Shown here: positions 32,085-35,330 of the stretch, one piece after another
Layout: the number at the start of each line of letters is the position of its first letter
Numbering within the stretch: position 1 is the first letter of the stretch
Source: Candidatus Omnitrophota bacterium
GTDB lineage: Bacteria > Omnitrophota > Gorgyraeia > Pluralincolimonadales > Pluralincolimonadaceae
Reading direction: 5' to 3'
DNA: 35,330 bases
Assembly: GCA_020061685.1 (NCBI GenBank)
Contig: JAGUXU010000124.1
Location: 1 to 35,330, forward strand
Translations under genes and position numbers: made by a program
The notes under the pieces: model-generated
What the model saw: the letters and a program-made list of their open reading frames with translations, nothing else
What the model was told of the DNA's origin: nothing
Database searches by the model: none

Positions 32085-32918
32085 ATGGAGAAAGCCAATC
32101 TTGCCAGATATAACTTCTTGCTGAAGGGGAGTAAAAAGGCAGTATTACTCATCCACGGCATTACGGGGACGCCTTCGGAGATGCGTTATTTCGGCAAGTC
32201 CTTAAATAAGGCCGGCTACACGGTATTCTGCAACGCCCTCCCGCGCCACTGCGGTTCTTTAACCGAACTCAAGAAAGTCACGTGGAATGAAATAGCGGAT
32301 GCCTGCATAGAGGATTTTAAACGGCTCAAGGAAGAGAATTCACAGGTCTTTGTCGCGGGCCTCTCTATGGGCGCTCTTATGGGCATACACCTGGCTTCTC
32401 TTTTTCCCTCGGAGGTCTCGGGTATCGTCGCCTTGGCGCCTACGCTATTCTATGACGGTTGGGCGCTGCATAAGGGCAAGGTTTTAATGAATCTGGTTTG
32501 GCATATACCCGTCTTAAGGGACGCGATAAACATAAGAGAAGGCTGGCCCTACGGCCTTAAGGATGAAGATTCGCGGGAGAGCATCGAGAGATTTTATAAG
32601 AACGCGAAGGCAAGCGAATTCAGTAAAAAATCCCTGCTATTCGGAAGCCCTTTTTTCCCGTTATCATGCCTTTATCAGCATACTCTCTTCGTGAAGGTCG
32701 TTAAAAAAGAACTCCCTGCGATAAGGACGCCCATTCTCATACTTCATGCCAAGGAAGACGATATGACCAGTATCCGCAATGCCCGCTACATATACGACCA
32801 TATCGGCTCCGCGGATAAGACCTTAGTGCCGTTGGAAGACAGCTATCATATGATAACTATCGATAAGCAGAAAGATAAAGTCGCCGAAGAGGCGGTCAAA
32901 TTTCTGGGCAGGTTATAA
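32085..32918 (+). CDS. alpha/beta hydrolase (carboxylesterase / monoacylglycerol-lipase-like)
   Basis: It shows KAVLLIHGITGTPSEMRYFGK.L...GY, the nucleophile elbow GLSMGA, and a late ILHAKEDDM ... SYHM (Asp/His) arrangement like the Est/YvaK-type esterases. Confidence 0.75.
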   Translation: MEKANLARYNFLLKGSKKAVLLIHGITGTPSEMRYFGKSLNKAGYTVFCNALPRHCGSLTELKKVTWNEIADACIEDFKRLKEENSQVFVAGLSMGALMGIHLASLFPSEVSGIVALAPTLFYDGWALHKGKVLMNLVWHIPVLRDAINIREGWPYGLKDEDSRESIERFYKNAKASEFSKKSLLFGSPFFPLSCLYQHTLFVKVVKKELPAIRTPILILHAKEDDMTSIRNARYIYDHIGSADKTLVPLEDSYHMITIDKQKDKVAEEAVKFLGRL

Positions 32919-34420
32919 TGGATTACGACGCGATCGTGATAGGAGCGGGGGTGGGAGGCCTGACCTCAGCCCTTATTTTATCCCGCCAGGGCAAGAAGGT
33001 CCTTCTTCTCGATTCGCAGCCGGTACCGGGCGGTTACGCGACGACATTTAAGAGAAAAGGTTTCACTTTTGAATCCTCGGTGCACTGCGTTGACGGCCTT
33101 GGCCCTGACGGCGACGTAAGAAAATTCCTGGACGACAACGAGATCGGGAAGGAGATTGAATTCATCGAGCTCGGCAGTTTCGCGCGGATGGTCTATCCGC
33201 AGGATGATTTCGTCGCGGATTTTGAACGTGATAATTTTATGGTGCTGCTGAAAGGTAAATTCCCGCAGGAAAGCGCCGCGATAGACAGATTATTCCGCGC
33301 TATGGATAAATTCTACGGACAATTCGACAATTTCGCTTATTCAAACCTTCCGATGTGGCTTAAATTGATCCTGGCTCCGTTTCTTTACCTGCAAGTGATA
33401 AAGATATCCCGGAAGACCGTCAGGGAATTCATCGAGGACTATGTGAAGGATGATAAATTCCTGGCGATCGTGACGGATATATGGCGTTTTACGGGAACGC
33501 CTCCGAGCCGCCTGAGCGCCCTTTATTTTTTATTGGTCTTCAGAGGTTATTATTACAGTCCGACAGCTTATGTGAGAGGAGGCGTATCCAAGGTCTTTGA
33601 GGCGATGGTCGGACAGATACGCAAGAACGGCTCCGATGTCAGATTTAACGCTGCCGTTGTGAAAATAATCACGGATAAGAATGATGCTGTAAAGAGAGTG
33701 GTTACCGGCAATGGCGAAGAATTCCATGCCAGGGCCGTTATCTCCAACGCCAATGCCATCGATACGCTTACCCGGATGCTTGACAACGAGGCTATGAAGA
33801 AGGAATACCGCGAAGAATTATCTTCGCTTGAGAAGTCGATATCCGCATTCCAGGTCTATTTAGGCCTGAAGATCCCCGCCAGAGACCTGGGGATGAATCA
33901 CTATCTCTTTTCCGTAAATATGACGTACGACCACGATGAGGATTTCCGGTATTCACTGGAGGGCGATTACGGGAAATGCTCGTTGGAGTTAGTGGACCAT
34001 TCACAGATAGACCCTGGCCTGGTGCCTGAAGGGAAGGGGAGCCTCCTTATCATGACCCTGGATTCTTATTCGAACTGGAAGGATTTGAACGAAGAGGAAT
34101 ATAATTTAAAGAAACAGAAGGTGGCAGATATGCTGATATCAAGGGTAGAGCGGTACCTGCCCGGACTTTCAAAAAGTATCGAACTTATGGAGGTCGCCAC
34201 CCCCAGGACAATGCTGCGTTTTACCTCATCCTCCGAGGGCGCGATATACGGCTTTGCCCAGACAGTCGGGCAGGCGGGGATCAACAGGCTGGGACAGGAG
34301 ACTCGCGTAAGAGGGCTATATCTGGCCGGTGCCTGGACACGTCCGGGGGCGGGCATACACGCGTGTCTTCTCTCAGGGATGGACGCGGCGGACCTGGCGT
34401 TGAAGTTCCTTAAAAGATAG
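32918..34420 (+). CDS. FAD-dependent oxidoreductase of the phytoene desaturase (CrtI/CrtD-like) family
   Basis: The N-terminal dinucleotide fold is YDAIVIGAGVGGLTSALILSRQGKKVLLLDSQPVPGGYA. The C-terminal GLYLAGAWTRPGAGI is typical of the CrtI/amine-oxidase superfamily. It has a 1-nt ATG/TAA overlap with the hydrolase gene. Confidence 0.8.
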   Translation: MDYDAIVIGAGVGGLTSALILSRQGKKVLLLDSQPVPGGYATTFKRKGFTFESSVHCVDGLGPDGDVRKFLDDNEIGKEIEFIELGSFARMVYPQDDFVADFERDNFMVLLKGKFPQESAAIDRLFRAMDKFYGQFDNFAYSNLPMWLKLILAPFLYLQVIKISRKTVREFIEDYVKDDKFLAIVTDIWRFTGTPPSRLSALYFLLVFRGYYYSPTAYVRGGVSKVFEAMVGQIRKNGSDVRFNAAVVKIITDKNDAVKRVVTGNGEEFHARAVISNANAIDTLTRMLDNEAMKKEYREELSSLEKSISAFQVYLGLKIPARDLGMNHYLFSVNMTYDHDEDFRYSLEGDYGKCSLELVDHSQIDPGLVPEGKGSLLIMTLDSYSNWKDLNEEEYNLKKQKVADMLISRVERYLPGLSKSIELMEVATPRTMLRFTSSSEGAIYGFAQTVGQAGINRLGQETRVRGLYLAGAWTRPGAGIHACLLSGMDAADLALKFLKR

Positions 34421-34432
34421 GAAGTCGTGAAG

Positions 34433-35330
34433 ATGGGCAAATTACGCATTATATTCGGCAGTTTCCGCGTGAAGGTCACGATAGCCCTGATCCTGTCGTT
34501 ATTTTTTGTAGCCGGACTGAGTAATTTCCTTATATATAAATTCAGCCTCGATTCGCAATTGAGCCAACTGAGGGACGGCCTGAAGGCCGTTGCCCAGACC
34601 GCCTCATTGATGGTAGACCCGCATACGCTTCTCCGGGTCCCTCTAAGCCGCGAGGGAGTAAACAGCGGAGAATACAAGCTTATCGCGGAAAAATTAGGGC
34701 AGATCAAAAAAGCCAATCCCCGGATCCTTTTTATCTATACCATGACAAAGACAGAGGTGCCGGGCGTCTGGCAGTTTATCGTGGACCCGGAACCCGTTTC
34801 CGCGGAAGGCGGAAGAAAAAGGCCGACTTCATATCCCGGAGATAAATATGATGCTTCTCTTTTTCCCGAGATGCTCAAGGCCTTTGACGGCCCCTCCGCG
34901 GATAAAGAACTCATGGTGGATGACTGGGGAGTAACGCTGTCCGGTTATGCCCCGGTCCGCGATAATAACGGCACGGCCGTAGCCATATTGGGCATAGATA
35001 TTTCGGCAAAGGATGTCCATGCCACGCAAAAGGAAGTCAAGAGGCGCGCGGTTTTTGTATTGGCGCTGGGCGTATTTATTTCGCTGTTTCTGGGCCTTCT
35101 GATCTCAAAAGGGATCAGCGATCCCATCAAGAGGCTCTCGGAAGGGACCCGGCGTATAGCCGCGGGAGATCTGCAATATAAAGTGGAGGTCAAGGGCAGC
35201 GATGAGATAAGCCGGTTGGGCGGGTCTTTTAACGAGATGGCCGGAAGCCTCTACGAATCAAGGAAGCAGTTGCACGATTATTTTTACCGTATCGTGCAAT
35301 CGCTGGTGCGCAGCATCGAGGCAAAAGACA
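34433..35330 (+). CDS. membrane sensor: extracytoplasmic Cache-like domain, TM, HAMP, then start of a probable HD-GYP domain (3'-truncated by window edge; absent from ORF track)
   Basis: I translated this by hand from the ATG at 34433; the frame stays open to 35330. TM1 is VTIALILSLFFVAGLSNFLIY. The Cache-like part includes FIYTM and WGVTLSGYAPVRDNNGTAVAILGIDIS. TM2 is AVFVLALGVFISLFLGLLI. The HAMP domain is PIKRLSEGTRRIAAGDLQYKVEVKGSDEISRLGGSFNEMA. The final IVQSLVRSIEAKD resembles the beginning of HD-GYP domains (..IEAKD.YT.GH). Confidence 0.65.
   Translation, partial: MGKLRIIFGSFRVKVTIALILSLFFVAGLSNFLIYKFSLDSQLSQLRDGLKAVAQTASLMVDPHTLLRVPLSREGVNSGEYKLIAEKLGQIKKANPRILFIYTMTKTEVPGVWQFIVDPEPVSAEGGRKRPTSYPGDKYDASLFPEMLKAFDGPSADKELMVDDWGVTLSGYAPVRDNNGTAVAILGIDISAKDVHATQKEVKRRAVFVLALGVFISLFLGLLISKGISDPIKRLSEGTRRIAAGDLQYKVEVKGSDEISRLGGSFNEMAGSLYESRKQLHDYFYRIVQSLVRSIEAKD

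Noticed and set aside
34066-34716. A 216-aa minus-strand ORF spanning the CrtI-like / sensor junction, plus the ORFs at 34829..35029 and 34945..35193.
   Set aside because: The plus strand encodes the conserved CrtI C-terminus and then a continuous Cache-HAMP sensor frame. The minus-strand ORFs are Arg/Ser-rich shadows that appear only because the real gene is missing from the track.

Overview
This 35.3 kb window looks like compact bacterial chromosomal DNA. Genes abut or overlap by a few nt, and there are no transposases, integrases, CRISPR arrays or rRNA genes. All family calls come from motifs read by eye in the supplied translations; no database search was run.

The left part (1-14.3 kb) is housekeeping:
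- Protein genes: comM (5'-truncated), a YbaK-like deacylase, glgP, smpB, an amidase, murI, queD-queC-queE, a two-subunit class I fumarate hydratase, rph, rdgB and a large AsmA-like envelope protein.
- RNA genes: tRNA-Leu, tmRNA (ssrA), and a tRNA-Pro / tRNA-Arg / tRNA-His cluster.

The right part (14.4-35.3 kb) is accessory-looking:
- A DUF134 / methyltransferase / NifX-like operon.
- A Cys-cluster protein / long GT4 / GH130 operon.
- A methyltransferase plus a DsrE-like protein.
- A small secreted protein tightly coupled to a B12-radical SAM and a radical SAM/SPASM enzyme.
- A 47-aa Cys/His-rich ORF (absent from the track) plus a DEAD-box helicase.
- The most interesting locus: a third radical SAM gene (B12-type) followed by a dedicated type II FAS/PKS-like cassette. 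It has a KS homolog with its catalytic triad replaced, FabG-like KR, ACP, FabZ-like DH and an intact KS, then a FemAB-like/DUF482 acyltransferase, an alpha/beta hydrolase and a CrtI-like FAD oxidoreductase. A Cache-HAMP sensor with a probable HD-GYP domain runs off the window end and is also missing from the ORF track.

A second notable signal is a two-hairpin structured repeat module directly 3' of tRNA-Leu, tmRNA, tRNA-Pro and tRNA-Arg. It shows compensatory base changes and an invariant tandem G.A mismatch on the RNA-sense strand. Other observations are a ~45-nt promoter cassette duplicated in front of two operons, several apparently leaderless genes, and RNA genes abutting protein genes (smpB/ssrA share 1 nt).
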